From NCBI GenBank assembly GCA_947258645.1, contig CAMYJL010000007.1:1-39751 (forward strand): DNA of 39,751 nucleotides, given 5' to 3'. Positions 26,527-36,457 of the stretch are shown piece after piece. The position numbers and the translations under genes were made by a program. The stretch's first letter is position 1, and the number at the start of each line of letters is the position of its first letter. The stretch is from an uncultured Nitrospinota bacterium. Its GTDB lineage: Bacteria > UBA8248. Below the pieces are notes generated by a model, which was not told the DNA's origin, made no database searches, and worked only from the letters and a program-made list of their open reading frames with translations.

Positions 26527-29073
26527 TCACCTTCCCGGCTGCCCGGTCCGCCGCGCGACCGAACCGTTTTTTTTCTTTCCGGATACGGCGGGGGCCTTCG
26601 GAGCGGCGGGTGGACGCCGCTTGGAAGTTACACCAACCGCTTTTCCCGCCCGGCGGTTCTTGGGAGCCGCCTTGGTCACCGATACGGCTTTTTTCTTCGC
26701 CACGGGAAGTAGCCCTTCCCGCACGACTTCATCCATATTTTCCACGTACAAAATACTGAGCCCCAGCGGGCTCTCGGCTTCATATTCGCGCACATCCTTT
26801 TCGTTTCCCTTCGGCAGAATCACTTTCGGGACGCCGCCCCGACGCGCGGCCAGCATCTTTTCCTTGACGCCCCCTACGGGAAGTATCCGCCCCCGAAGGG
26901 TGATTTCGCCGGTCATGGCGACATCGTGGCGCACTTTTCTTCCGCTGAGGGCGCTCGCGAGAGCCAACGCCATCGTGATTCCCGCCGAAGGGCCGTCCTT
27001 CGGAACGGCGCCCTCCGGGAAATGGATGTGCATGTCTTTTTTTTCGTAAAAATTGGCGGGGATGCCCAGATGGTCCGCCCGCGAGCGGAGCCACGAGATC
27101 GCGGCCTGCGCGCTTTCCTTCATCACGTCGCCGAGCTTTCCGGTCAGGGTCACGGTGCCCTTCCCGTCGAAAAGAGCCACTTCCACCGGGAGGAGAACAC
27201 CACCCACGGACGTCCAGGCCAGGCCGGTGGCCACGCCGACGCCCGCCCGCGCCTCGGGCTGATCGGGCGTATAGCGCGGGGCTCCCAGATACTTTTCGAG
27301 GGTATCCGGCCTCAGGCGGACGGTTTTTTTCTTCGTGGCCTTACCGGACTTGGCGCCTTTGGCGCTTTTTTTCGCGCGGGCCGAGACGTTCTTTTCCTCG
27401 ACAACCTTCCGCGCCACCTTCCGGCACAGGCTGCCCAGCTCGCGCTCGAGGTTTCGCACTCCCGATTCGCGGGTGTATTCGTGAATGAGGCGCATGATCG
27501 TATCGTCCGGAAACCGAATCTGCTCCTCGCCGAGGCCGTGCTCGGCGCGCTGCTTGGGAACGAGAAAGCGCTTGGCAATCTCTCGCTTCTCCTCATCGGT
27601 GTAACCGGGGAGACGGATGACCTCCATGCGGTCAAGAAGCGGCGCGGGTATCGCGTCTGTCGAGTTCGCCGTCGTGATGAAGAAAACCTGGCTCAAGTCG
27701 TAGTCCACTTCAAGATAGTGATCGTTGAAGTTTTTGTTCTGCTCGGGATCAAGGGCCTCGAGCAGTGCCGAGGAAGGATCGCCCCGGAAGTCCGCGCTCA
27801 TCTTGTCGACTTCATCCAGCAGAAAAACCGGATTCCGCGTACCCACTTTCTTCATGGACTGGATGAGCCGGCCCGGCATGGCGCCGATGTAGGTCCGCCT
27901 GTGGCCACGGATTTCGGCCTCGTCCCGGACCCCGCCGAGGGAGACGCGGACAAACTTTCTCCCGAGCGCATTGGCGACGCTTCGGCCCAGTGATGTTTTT
28001 CCGACACCCGGCGGTCCCACAAAACACAGGATCGGCCCCCGGATGGCTTTGTTGAGAATCTTGACGGCGAGATGCTCGAGAATCCGCTCCTTGACCTTTT
28101 TCAGGCCGAAATGCTCGCTCTCGAGGATGTCCCACGCGGCACCGAGGTTGTTCCGATCGCGGGTCTTTTCTTTCCAAGGAACATCCAGGAGCCACTCCAC
28201 GTAGGTCCGGACGACGGAGGCCTCCGGGGAGAGCGGCGTCATCGCCTCAAGACGCTTGATCTCCTTTTGGACTTTTTCGGCCACTTCCTTGGGGAGCTTC
28301 AATTCACCGGCACGGCGGCTGAGATCATCGCCGTCCGCCATCATGCCATCACTCTGGCCTAACTCTTTTTGAATCGCCTTGAGCTGCTCGGTTAGATAGA
28401 ACTCTTTCTGGCTACGATCCATCTGACGCCGTGTGCGTGCGCGGACCTTCCGCTCCACCTTCAGCAACTCGATTTCGCGGTCCAGATACGAAGAGAGGAG
28501 GGTCATCCGCTCCGCCGGATCGAACGTTTCGAGGAGGAGCTGCTTCTCGGAGATTTTGAGCGGCACGTTCGCCGCAATCGCGTCGGCAACAGCCGTGGAA
28601 GCCTCCATACTCTCAACCGCCGCATAAAGCTCATGCGGAAGCCGGTGGTTCACCCGAAGGTAATCTTCAAACCTGGTCATCAGCCCCCGGCACATCCCGG
28701 CGAGTTCGGTGGAATCTTCAAAATCGGCATCTACCGGAGCCACTTTGGTCCCGAACGTATCGCCATCCTGATAGAAATCCTTTATCTGGCACCGTCCGAT
28801 CCCCTCAAGGAGCACTTTGATCGTACCGTCGCTCAGTCGCAGGACCTGGAGTACCTCCGCCTCGGTTCCCACTCGGTAAAGCCCTTCAGGCGGCGGTTCC
28901 TCCTCGCGCGGGTCACGCTGGGCGACCAGTACCATCCTGTTCGCCGTTGGGGGAAGCGACTCGACGGTGGCCAGAGCGCGGCCACGGGCCACGTAAACGG
29001 GCGTTATCATATGGGGAAACAGAACGATATCGCGAAGCGAAACACAGGGAAGAGAATAGATGTTGGAGGTCAC
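26527..29073 (-). CDS. lon: ATP-dependent Lon protease with a basic C-terminal tail
   Basis: It has the Lon N domain ([17 protein letters not shown]), Walker [10 protein letters not shown], catalytic [15 protein letters not shown], and lysine [16 protein letters not shown] 29073 has GAGG 5 nt upstream. The TTG at 29103 has no SD. Confidence 0.95.
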   Translation of the reverse strand: MTSNIYSLPCVSLRDIVLFPHMITPVYVARGRALATVESLPPTANRMVLVAQRDPREEEPPPEGLYRVGTEAEVLQVLRLSDGTIKVLLEGIGRCQIKDFYQDGDTFGTKVAPVDADFEDSTELAGMCRGLMTRFEDYLRVNHRLPHELYAAVESMEASTAVADAIAANVPLKISEKQLLLETFDPAERMTLLSSYLDREIELLKVERKVRARTRRQMDRSQKEFYLTEQLKAIQKELGQSDGMMADGDDLSRRAGELKLPKEVAEKVQKEIKRLEAMTPLSPEASVVRTYVEWLLDVPWKEKTRDRNNLGAAWDILESEHFGLKKVKERILEHLAVKILNKAIRGPILCFVGPPGVGKTSLGRSVANALGRKFVRVSLGGVRDEAEIRGHRRTYIGAMPGRLIQSMKKVGTRNPVFLLDEVDKMSADFRGDPSSALLEALDPEQNKNFNDHYLEVDYDLSQVFFITTANSTDAIPAPLLDRMEVIRLPGYTDEEKREIAKRFLVPKQRAEHGLGEEQIRFPDDTIMRLIHEYTRESGVRNLERELGSLCRKVARKVVEEKNVSARAKKSAKGAKSGKATKKKTVRLRPDTLEKYLGAPRYTPDQPEARAGVGVATGLAWTSVGGVLLPVEVALFDGKGTVTLTGKLGDVMKESAQAAISWLRSRADHLGIPANFYEKKDMHIHFPEGAVPKDGPSAGITMALALASALSGRKVRHDVAMTGEITLRGRILPVGGVKEKMLAARRGGVPKVILPKGNEKDVREYEAESPLGLSILYVENMDEVVREGLLPVAKKKAVSVTKAAPKNRRAGKAVGVTSKRRPPAAPKAPAVSGKKKNGSVARRTGQPGR

Positions 29074-29119
29074 ATATTCCTCGGTTGCTGGAAAAATCGC
29101 CAATCCAGGGAGGGTGAGA

Positions 29120-30361
29120 TCAACTGGCTTTTTCGTAGACCAATAACGGCTTTTCTTTCCGGTTCACGACGTTTTCGTTGATCACGATTTCTTTCACATC
29201 CGCCATTGTCGGCAGCTCGAACATGGTATCGAGCATCAGGTCTTCAATGATGGACCGCAGCCCCCGCGCACCGGTTTTGTGGTCCAGCGCGCGCCGCGCG
29301 ATTTCTCGCAACGCGCCATCCGTAAACCGAAGAATCGAATCTTCGAACTCCACCAGCTTGCAGAACTGCTTGACGAGCGCATTGCGCGGCTCGGTGAGGA
29401 TTTTGATGAGCGCTTCCTCATCCAACTCGTCCAACGTGGCCAGGACGGGAAGCCGCCCGACAAACTCGGGAATCAAGCCGTACTTGAGAAGATCTTCCGG
29501 CGACACCTTCGCGAGCACTTCGCTCATCGTCGCGTCATTTTCAGTCACCAGCTCCGCCTCAAAGCCCATGGTGCGGCGCCCCACGCGGTTCCGGATGATC
29601 GAATCGAGACCCACGAACGCCCCGCCACAGAGAAACAGGATGTTCGAGGTATCGACGCGGAGAAATTCCTGATGAGGATGTTTCCGTCCGCCCTGCGGCG
29701 GCACATTCGCGATCGTACCCTCAATAATCTTCAGCAGCGCCTGCTGAACGCCCTCGCCCGAAACGTCCCGGGTGATGGAGGGGTTCTCGCTTTTCCGGCT
29801 GATCTTGTCGATCTCGTCGATGTAGATGATCCCCCGCTCCGCGCGCGGAACATCGTAGTCCGCTGCCTGGAGAAGCTTGAGAATGATGTTCTCCACGTCC
29901 TCGCCCACATACCCCGCCTCGGTGAGCGTTGTCGCGTCCACAATCGCGAAGGGAACGTCGATGACACGCGCCAGGGTCTGAGCCATGAGGGTTTTCCCGG
30001 AACCGGTCGGGCCGACGAGGAGGATGTTGCTCTTCTGAAGCTCGACGTCCTGAAGATCGACGCGCGAGTCAACCCGCTTGTAATGGTTGTAGACGGCCAC
30101 CGAGAGTATTTTCTTCGCCCGCTCCTGGCCGATGATGTGTTCATCGAGTATCATTTTGATTTCAGAGGGCTTTAAGAGCTTATTCGCTTCGCGCTTCCGC
30201 TCCTCATTCCACTCCTCCATCATGATTTCGTTGCACAGCTCAACGCACTCGTCGCAGATATAGACTTGGGGCCCGGCGATGAGCTTCCTTACCTCTTCCT
30301 GGCTCTTTCCGCAGAACGAACAGCGCAACGCTTCGGTTTTTTCAGATGACCGTTTCGCCAT
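29120..30361 (-). CDS. clpX: ATP-dependent Clp protease ATP-binding subunit ClpX
   Basis: It has the zinc ribbon [26 protein letters not shown], Walker A GPTGSGKT, and IYIDEIDK. Confidence 0.97.
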   Translation of the reverse strand: MAKRSSEKTEALRCSFCGKSQEEVRKLIAGPQVYICDECVELCNEIMMEEWNEERKREANKLLKPSEIKMILDEHIIGQERAKKILSVAVYNHYKRVDSRVDLQDVELQKSNILLVGPTGSGKTLMAQTLARVIDVPFAIVDATTLTEAGYVGEDVENIILKLLQAADYDVPRAERGIIYIDEIDKISRKSENPSITRDVSGEGVQQALLKIIEGTIANVPPQGGRKHPHQEFLRVDTSNILFLCGGAFVGLDSIIRNRVGRRTMGFEAELVTENDATMSEVLAKVSPEDLLKYGLIPEFVGRLPVLATLDELDEEALIKILTEPRNALVKQFCKLVEFEDSILRFTDGALREIARRALDHKTGARGLRSIIEDLMLDTMFELPTMADVKEIVINENVVNRKEKPLLVYEKAS

Positions 30362-30426
30362 CGTTTACCTTCCTTTGATCCCCAGCGGTGAAATCATTAC
30401 CCCACGATACAGCCTGGAGGGCCTTT

Positions 30427-30472
30427 CGAAAAGACGAAAATAAGGCGAATTTTCCCTGATTGGGCGCCTATT
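30427..30472 (-). terminator. Hairpin plus U-rich tract between clpP and clpX (partial terminator candidate)
   Basis: The minus-strand stem AAUAGGCG (30472-30465) / CGCCUUAUU (30447-30439) is followed by UUCGUCUUUUCG. The loop is long (17 nt), so support is only moderate. Confidence 0.3.
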
Positions 30473-30474
30473 TT

Positions 30475-31113
30475 TTACTTATCGTCATTTTTCTTGGGAT
30501 CTTCAGCCCCCGTACCATTTTGGGACAACTCCGTCCGGGAAACAATGACATCGTCAATGAGGCCGTAAGTCTTGGCTTCTTCCGCGGTCATAAAATTATC
30601 GCGGTCGGTGTCCTGGATAATCCGGTCCATCTCCTGCCCGGTGTGCTTCGCGAGAATTCCGTTCAGCTCCTCACGCATCCGGAGGATTTCCCTGGCATGG
30701 ATGTCGATGTCCGTGGCCTGCCCCTGCACACCGGCGAGCGGCTGGTGAATGAGAATCCGCGAATTCGGAAGCGCGAACCGCTTGCCCTTCTGGCCCGCCG
30801 TCAGGAGGAGGGCGCCCATGCTCGCCGCCTGTCCGATACAGATCGTCGAGACTTCGGGCTTGATATACTGCATCGTGTCGTAGATGCCCAGCCCCGCCGT
30901 CACCGAGCCGCCCGGGCTGTTGATGTACATCGAGATGTCCCGGTCCGGCTCCTCGGCCTCGAGAAACAGAAGCTGCGCCGTGACCACGTTGGCGATGTTA
31001 TCGTCGATCGCCGTTCCCAGGAAGATGATCCGATCTTTGAGGAGGCGACTATAAATGTCGTAAGCGCGCTCGCCTCGACTCGTTTGTTCCACAACCATCG
31101 GGATAAGTCCCAC
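30475..31113 (-). CDS. clpP: ATP-dependent Clp protease proteolytic subunit
   Basis: Motifs are [19 protein letters not shown], the active Ser in [11 protein letters not shown], and His in ILIHQP. The GTG start has GAAAGGGG upstream. Confidence 0.97.
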   Translation of the reverse strand: MGLIPMVVEQTSRGERAYDIYSRLLKDRIIFLGTAIDDNIANVVTAQLLFLEAEEPDRDISMYINSPGGSVTAGLGIYDTMQYIKPEVSTICIGQAASMGALLLTAGQKGKRFALPNSRILIHQPLAGVQGQATDIDIHAREILRMREELNGILAKHTGQEMDRIIQDTDRDNFMTAEEAKTYGLIDDVIVSRTELSQNGTGAEDPKKNDDK

Positions 31114-31132
31114 AACTGGCCCCTTTCAACTA

Positions 31133-32404
31133 TTATGAACCGTCAGGTTCGTCTGATCCGCTCCCGGAACCGCTCTCCGGCTCCTCAATTTGCACATTGA
31201 CCTTGGCCTGCCCATACAGCCAGTCCACGGTCTTATTATAGTTTATATTCGAGACGAGTTGGCCCAGGCTTCCCGTCATTTCCATGCGTTTTTTGAGATT
31301 TTCCGGGGTCATCTGGTACTGGGCGGCCAGATTTTGAATCTGGGCGTCCACTTCCCCGGGGATGGCCACGATCCCTTCTTTCTCGCGGATCCGCTCGATC
31401 AGGATGAGTTGGCGGACACGCTCCTCGGCTTGCGGGGCCAGCTGCCGCTCGTAATCGGCGATCCGCCCCTCGATCTCAGAACTGATCAGAGTGGGGGGCA
31501 CCTCAAATGGATGCATCTCGACCAGCTTCTTGAGCAATTCGGCCACGCCCTGCTGCCGGTCGACGTTTTCCTGCTGCGCCTCCAGATACTTTCGAACGTG
31601 GCCGCGCAGTTCCTCGACCGTGGAGAGGCCGATCCCCAGCGAAGTCACGAAACCCTCATCCAGCTCGGGAGGATGCGCTTCCTTCACCGATTTCACCTTG
31701 ATCCGAAACTGAATTGTTTTGCCCGCCAGGTTCGGCGCCGCATTCTCGGGCACCTCGATATCGATTTCCTTCTCGTCTCCCGACTTCATCCCGATCAGCG
31801 CATCTTCCAGTTCTTTTTCACTCCGCGTCTCGCCGATCATGACTGCTTCATTCTCACGGCGGCTGTCCGGAACAGGCTCGCCCGCGTCGAAACCTTCAAT
31901 GTCGAACATCACGTAGTCGCCGGATTTCGCAGCGCGGTCCACGTCTTCAAACGTTGAGGCCTGCTTCAGGTATTGACCGATTTGCTGATCCACCTGATCG
32001 TCCGTAACGGGCTGACTATTGACCTCAATCTCGATCCCCTTGTACTCGCCTAGTTCCAGGGGCGGAATCACCTCGACGGTGGCCTTGTAGGTGAGTTCGG
32101 GCGCATCGTCCTCCATGACAATATCGGTGACATTCGGCTCGCCCACCGGACGCATGCCCTTTTCTTCCAGAAGCTCGCGGTAGGAAGTCGAAATGACCCG
32201 GTTCACGACCTCGGCCTGGACCTCTTCTCCGTAGTAGCGCTCCAGAACCCGGCGGGGCACTTTTCCCTTCCGGAAGCCTTTCAGCTTCACCCGGCCCGCC
32301 AACCGTGAATACGCACGATCAATTTCAATAGCCACCTTCTCGCGCGGGATGGCCACCTCCAGGCGTTTGGTGCAGGCGTCAATATCGTTCACTGTGGAAG
32401 TCAT
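31133..32404 (-). CDS. tig: Trigger factor
   Basis: The N-terminus has the ribosome-binding motif GFRKGKVP, followed by the PPIase and C-terminal domains. The start is trimmed to ATG 32404 (423 aa) because the longer ORF runs through the tRNA-Leu gene. Confidence 0.95.
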   Translation of the reverse strand: MTSTVNDIDACTKRLEVAIPREKVAIEIDRAYSRLAGRVKLKGFRKGKVPRRVLERYYGEEVQAEVVNRVISTSYRELLEEKGMRPVGEPNVTDIVMEDDAPELTYKATVEVIPPLELGEYKGIEIEVNSQPVTDDQVDQQIGQYLKQASTFEDVDRAAKSGDYVMFDIEGFDAGEPVPDSRRENEAVMIGETRSEKELEDALIGMKSGDEKEIDIEVPENAAPNLAGKTIQFRIKVKSVKEAHPPELDEGFVTSLGIGLSTVEELRGHVRKYLEAQQENVDRQQGVAELLKKLVEMHPFEVPPTLISSEIEGRIADYERQLAPQAEERVRQLILIERIREKEGIVAIPGEVDAQIQNLAAQYQMTPENLKKRMEMTGSLGQLVSNINYNKTVDWLYGQAKVNVQIEEPESGSGSGSDEPDGS

Positions 32405-32507
32405 GATCTGTTCGTGATTCCCTTCTTGATGAGAAATATGGCCATAGAACCCATTTCGGGATGGGCCATACTCGGTAAAACCCCCAAACGGTGAAAAAAG
32501 TCTTTCC

Positions 32508-32592
32508 TGGTGCGAAGGGGGGGACTCGAACCCCCATGCCCTTGGGCACTGGATCCTAAATCCAGCGCGTCTACCAGTTCCGCCACCCTCGC
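32508..32592 (-). tRNA. tRNA-Leu (anticodon UAG), long variable arm, CCA encoded
   Basis: Acceptor GCGAGGG/CCUUCGC; anticodon arm CUGGA-UUUAGGA-UCCAG; variable arm GUGCCCAAGGGCAU; T arm GGGGG-UUCGAGU-CCCCC; ACCA end. Confidence 0.95.
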
Positions 32593-32643
32593 ACAGAACA
32601 GCCTTCAAACAGCGGACATGGGAGCCGGCCGCCAACGAGGACA

Positions 32644-32672
32644 ACTCTAGTCACAGCGCCATGCGAGGTCAA
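32644..32672 (-). promoter_or_regulatory. Candidate sigma70-type promoter for tRNA-Leu/tig
   Basis: On the minus strand: TTGACC (32672-32667), a 17-nt spacer, then TAGAGT (32649-32644). It lies ~50 nt upstream of the tRNA 5' end. Confidence 0.45.
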
Positions 32673-32819
32673 TGGGGGAAATGCCTCATAGGAGGGGGAA
32701 ATAGAGGACGAATAGAAATCCGGCTGGCGGCCAAACTGGCCCGCCCGGAGCCCGTTTGGGAGCGGCGGCCAAATTCCACCGGAGGCCGGGTCTTCGGCAG
32801 GCTCGCGGGCGTTTTCGTA

Positions 32820-33635
32820 TCAGGAAACTCCCCCCGGAACCTGCCCCTCTTCGAGGAAAGCATAGGCGTTATGCGCGTGGATAGATTCAAAATTCTCGAC
32901 CTGCACTTGGAACCATTTGATTCTATCTTCTTTTCTCAGGCGAACCGCCACCTCGCGCACCATGTCCTCGACAAAGCGCGGGTTATCGAAAGCCTTCTCG
33001 GTGACGAATTTCTCATCCTCACGTTTTAGGATCGGGTAGAGATCGCAACTCGCCGACTCTTCGACGATCTCAACGAGTTCTTCGATCCAGAGTTCGCCAT
33101 CGAAACGGACCTTCACCTCAACGTTACCCCGCTGGTTGTGCGCACCACGGTCGCTAATCTCCTTAGAGCAGGGACACAGCGTCGCAATCGGCACGCTGAC
33201 ACTGAGCACGAAATCGTCCACCGCTCCTGCGGAGGCCTCGAAACCGCAATCGTAGGCCATCATCCCCGGCGCGCCGGTGATGGGGGCTTTTTTCTCCATG
33301 AAATAGGAAAACGTCACGGCAAAATGCGCCGTTTCGGCTTCCAGCCTCTCTCGCATCGCCTCCAGAATTTCAGGCACCCGCTCCACGCCGATGCTTCCAT
33401 TGTACTGGTTGAGCACCTCAAGGAACCGGCTCATGTGCGTGCCCTTGAAGTGATGCGGGAGATCGACGTACATGTTGATCATGCCGATTGTGTTCTGCGC
33501 ATCGTTCGATCGGTCCTTGACCACAATCGGGTAGCGGATATTTTTCACGCCCACTTTATCGATCTTGACGTTCCGCTCATCGGCACTCCCCTGAACGTCG
33601 GCCAAATTGGCGGGATCGGTAGTAAAATTTGACAT
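32820..33635 (-). CDS. folE2: GTP cyclohydrolase FolE2 (type IB)
   Basis: Motifs are VGVKNIRYPIVV, LPHHFKGTHMSRF and CPCSKEISDRGAHNQRG. ATG 33635 has GAGGGGA upstream and gives 271 aa. Confidence 0.9.
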   Translation of the reverse strand: MSNFTTDPANLADVQGSADERNVKIDKVGVKNIRYPIVVKDRSNDAQNTIGMINMYVDLPHHFKGTHMSRFLEVLNQYNGSIGVERVPEILEAMRERLEAETAHFAVTFSYFMEKKAPITGAPGMMAYDCGFEASAGAVDDFVLSVSVPIATLCPCSKEISDRGAHNQRGNVEVKVRFDGELWIEELVEIVEESASCDLYPILKREDEKFVTEKAFDNPRFVEDMVREVAVRLRKEDRIKWFQVQVENFESIHAHNAYAFLEEGQVPGGVS

Positions 33636-33675
33636 GTCGGGCTCATCCCCTCTTAATGGTTTCGCTTTGCTGAGC

Positions 33676-34011
33676 CTACCGATCAGGCTCCTGAAGACGG
33701 CGGCGTTCGATTTCGGCCATCTTCTCTGAAACAGCACGCGCGATATCGATGTTCCGCGCGTTCGCATAATTCAGAATCGCAATGACGACATCCGCCGCCT
33801 CGTCGATAAAATCCGCATCATCAACCTCGCGGCCCTTCCAGCTCTTTTTTTCCAGATTCGCGAGCTCACCCGCCTCGCCGCATAGCTCGAGAGAGAAAAA
33901 CCGGGGCTCTCGTTCCGGAAACGCCGCCCGCTGATAGGCCTCGAACTCCCCCTGCAAGTCGCGGAGCCCCCCGTAGGACCTCGGAAGGGTAACCGGCCCC
34001 TTATTATCCAC
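33676..34011 (-). CDS. MazG-like nucleotide pyrophosphohydrolase
   Basis: All-alpha MazG motifs are present: ELCGEAGELANLEKK and FIDEAADVVIAILNYA. The start is uncertain. GTG 34011 (AAGAGGA 10 nt upstream) gives 111 aa. GTG 34080 is the ORF maximum. Confidence 0.75.
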   Translation of the reverse strand: MDNKGPVTLPRSYGGLRDLQGEFEAYQRAAFPEREPRFFSLELCGEAGELANLEKKSWKGREVDDADFIDEAADVVIAILNYANARNIDIARAVSEKMAEIERRRLQEPDR

Positions 34012-34237
34012 GATAAAGCCGTCCTCTTGATATCTGCCGGAACCCGCCCCTGGTGGCCCGGCAAAAAAGCAGTTTCCCACCCCGGCCCGGGGCCGTCAAC
34101 GGAATGCCGGGTGCCGGGCTGGGCCCGCCCGGAATTGACGACCCGGCGCCGCCCGGCCTACCCTTCACCATCCCGGCCAATCGGCGGAAACACGGTCCTG
34201 ACGGGCTTTATCTCACCATCATCCAAGGAGACGAGCG

Positions 34238-35233
34238 GTGCCCAATATCGATCTTCATCATCACATCTTCATCCCCGAGACCGAGACCATCGCGAGCAAA
34301 GAGCGCGAACGGCGGCCCCAGCACGCCGACAGCTTCGAGGGCTTCTTCCCGACCGTCTCTTCCCAATACAACGGAAAGATGTTCCGCGAGCAGTGGGCGC
34401 TTCAGCTACGCGACGCGGACAAAAAGAAAGAAGATATGATGACCGACCGACTCGACATGGCGCTGGTCTCCACTTCCCCGCCTCATTTTTACTATTGGAT
34501 CGGCGGATCGGCCGGAGAAGACATCACCCAGATGACAAACGAAGGCATCGTCGCCTTCTGTAAAAAAGACACCGATCACTTCCGCGGAATCGGAAACGTC
34601 CCCCTTCAAAACGGCGGCGAGGCCGCGGCAAAGGAGCTCGAGCGCGCCATGGGAAACGGCCTTCTGGGGTGCGTCATCGCCGACCGCGTCGGCCCGCACG
34701 CCCTCGACGAGCCCCAGTTCGAGCCTTTCTGGGCGGCCGCCGAGCGGCTTGGCGCCCTTGTGTTCATCCACCCGGATTTCGCCGACTTCAAGCCCCTGTT
34801 CCCCTACTACATGGCGAACCACATCGGGAACCCGCTCTCGACGACAGTCGCGGCGGTTCGCCTCATCCTTTCGGGCCACTTCGAGCGATATCCGAACCTC
34901 AAGGTGATCCTCGCCCACGCCGGGGGAAACCTGCCCTGGGCGGTCGGGCGCGTGCAGCACGCCTGGAACGTGCGCCCTGAGACTAAGATCCACACCCCGC
35001 ACCCGCCGCGTCACTATTTCAAAAATCTCTACTTCGACGTCATCACTTTCAACTCCTCGGGGCTCAAGTGGCTGGTCCAGGAAGTCGGCGCGGATCACGT
35101 CGTCTGCGGCACGGACTATCCCTACGACATGATGCAGGATCGCGTGGTGGACTACGTGGAAGGCGCGGGCCTGACCGCTGTGGAGATAGAACAGATTTTG
35201 AGCACTGGCCCTGCGAGGCTCATCGGGTTGTAG
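34238..35233 (+). CDS. Amidohydrolase-2 (ACMSD-like) family metal-dependent hydrolase/decarboxylase
   Basis: Motifs are IDLHHHIF, VFIHPD, ILAHAGGNLPW and GTDYPYDM. The GTG start has AAGGAG 7 nt upstream. Confidence 0.85.
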   Translation: MPNIDLHHHIFIPETETIASKERERRPQHADSFEGFFPTVSSQYNGKMFREQWALQLRDADKKKEDMMTDRLDMALVSTSPPHFYYWIGGSAGEDITQMTNEGIVAFCKKDTDHFRGIGNVPLQNGGEAAAKELERAMGNGLLGCVIADRVGPHALDEPQFEPFWAAAERLGALVFIHPDFADFKPLFPYYMANHIGNPLSTTVAAVRLILSGHFERYPNLKVILAHAGGNLPWAVGRVQHAWNVRPETKIHTPHPPRHYFKNLYFDVITFNSSGLKWLVQEVGADHVVCGTDYPYDMMQDRVVDYVEGAGLTAVEIEQILSTGPARLIGL

Positions 35234-36413
35234 ATCGCTGGCTCGCCACGTTTCGCGGCTTTCCGATCAGAACCGAATCCAGAAAATCCCGTGTGTCCGC
35301 GGCGATGACGGGCCAGGAGAATACCTTCGCAAGCGCCTCGGCCCCGGCGCGAAGGCGCGCGCGCCGATCAGGTTCGTCCATGAGCGCGGCCCCCTCGGCC
35401 GCGAGCGCATCGGCGTCCTCGAAGGGGGCGGCGGCAAAATTCTCTCCTTCCCGAAAGTAGCGCGTATCGATTTTCGACGGGGTGCTCAGAACGGGAAGGC
35501 CGTGAACGAGGGCCGCCATGAGTGAACCTCGCCGGGAGGAAACACCGCCTTCATATGGCGCGAGGAAAAGGTCCGATGCGAGGAGAATTTCCGTCACGCG
35601 CTCGGAGGTGACATAGCCCGTCCAGATCACTTCTTCCGAAAGCCCAAGCGAGGCTGCGCGCTCCTGAAGCGCCGGGTAAAAATCCCCGTCGTTCTCCCGC
35701 CGGCCGCCGATCATGAACAGGCGGAAGGCGCGTCTTCCCGCCTTCCATTTTCCGGCGGCCTCCAGAATCTGCTCCACCCCTTTCCCCGGATAGTAGAAAC
35801 CGAAATGCGAGAGAACTATCCCTTCGACACCGAGACCCGTTTCTTCCCGAACCTTACGCCGGGCCTCTTCCCGCCCGCCGTGCGGCGGCTCGATGTTGGC
35901 CCCGATGGGTATCTCGCAGGTTTTTCGCAGCATCGAGGGCAGGTATTTACCGATGAGGTAGGTCACCTCTTCGTTCGTGGCGAGGATGGCCGGAGCCGTC
36001 AGGATCATGAAACCCGCGCTCACTTTGGAGGCGGCGGTGGAAACACCGACGGTGTGCATCGAAAACACGGAGGGCACGCCCGGCGCAAGCAGCTTCATCA
36101 CAACGGGGAGCGCGTGTATCCAATGGGGCGTGGGCGGGTAGAGATCGGGCGCGTACTGGACGAGCAGCGCGGCCATCTTCCGCTCTTGAACAGTCCGCGC
36201 GATTTTGAACAGGGCGCCCGGCCCCCAGCTTCGCGCAACCTTGACGACCGAAGCGCCGCCCGCCTCGCCCGGTCCGGTGTAACCATCGCTCGTGAGCACG
36301 GTCACCTCGACGCCGCAACGAACCAGCTCGGGGACCAGTTTATTCGTGAAATCGCCGACGCCGCAGGGCTCGCGGTTGGGAGGAAAACTGGGGCTGAGGA
36401 TTCCGATCCGCAA
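35220..36413 (-). CDS. GT4-family (GT-B) glycosyltransferase
   Basis: The N-terminus is MRIGILSPSFPP..CGVGDF, and a C-terminal E-x7-E-like region is present (LAPYEGGVSSRRGSLMAALVHGLPVLST). The start is TTG. Confidence 0.85.
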   Translation of the reverse strand: MRIGILSPSFPPNREPCGVGDFTNKLVPELVRCGVEVTVLTSDGYTGPGEAGGASVVKVARSWGPGALFKIARTVQERKMAALLVQYAPDLYPPTPHWIHALPVVMKLLAPGVPSVFSMHTVGVSTAASKVSAGFMILTAPAILATNEEVTYLIGKYLPSMLRKTCEIPIGANIEPPHGGREEARRKVREETGLGVEGIVLSHFGFYYPGKGVEQILEAAGKWKAGRRAFRLFMIGGRRENDGDFYPALQERAASLGLSEEVIWTGYVTSERVTEILLASDLFLAPYEGGVSSRRGSLMAALVHGLPVLSTPSKIDTRYFREGENFAAAPFEDADALAAEGAALMDEPDRRARLRAGAEALAKVFSWPVIAADTRDFLDSVLIGKPRNVASQRSTTR

Positions 36414-36457
36414 GAAGAGAGATCCTGAAGGGCGACGGTGCGGTGGGTCGTGAGAGA

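Noticed and set aside
32405-32644. The N-terminal 80 codons of the 503-aa tig ORF.
   Set aside because: The extension reads straight through the tRNA-Leu gene (32508-32592). Trigger-factor homology begins at the ATG at 32404.
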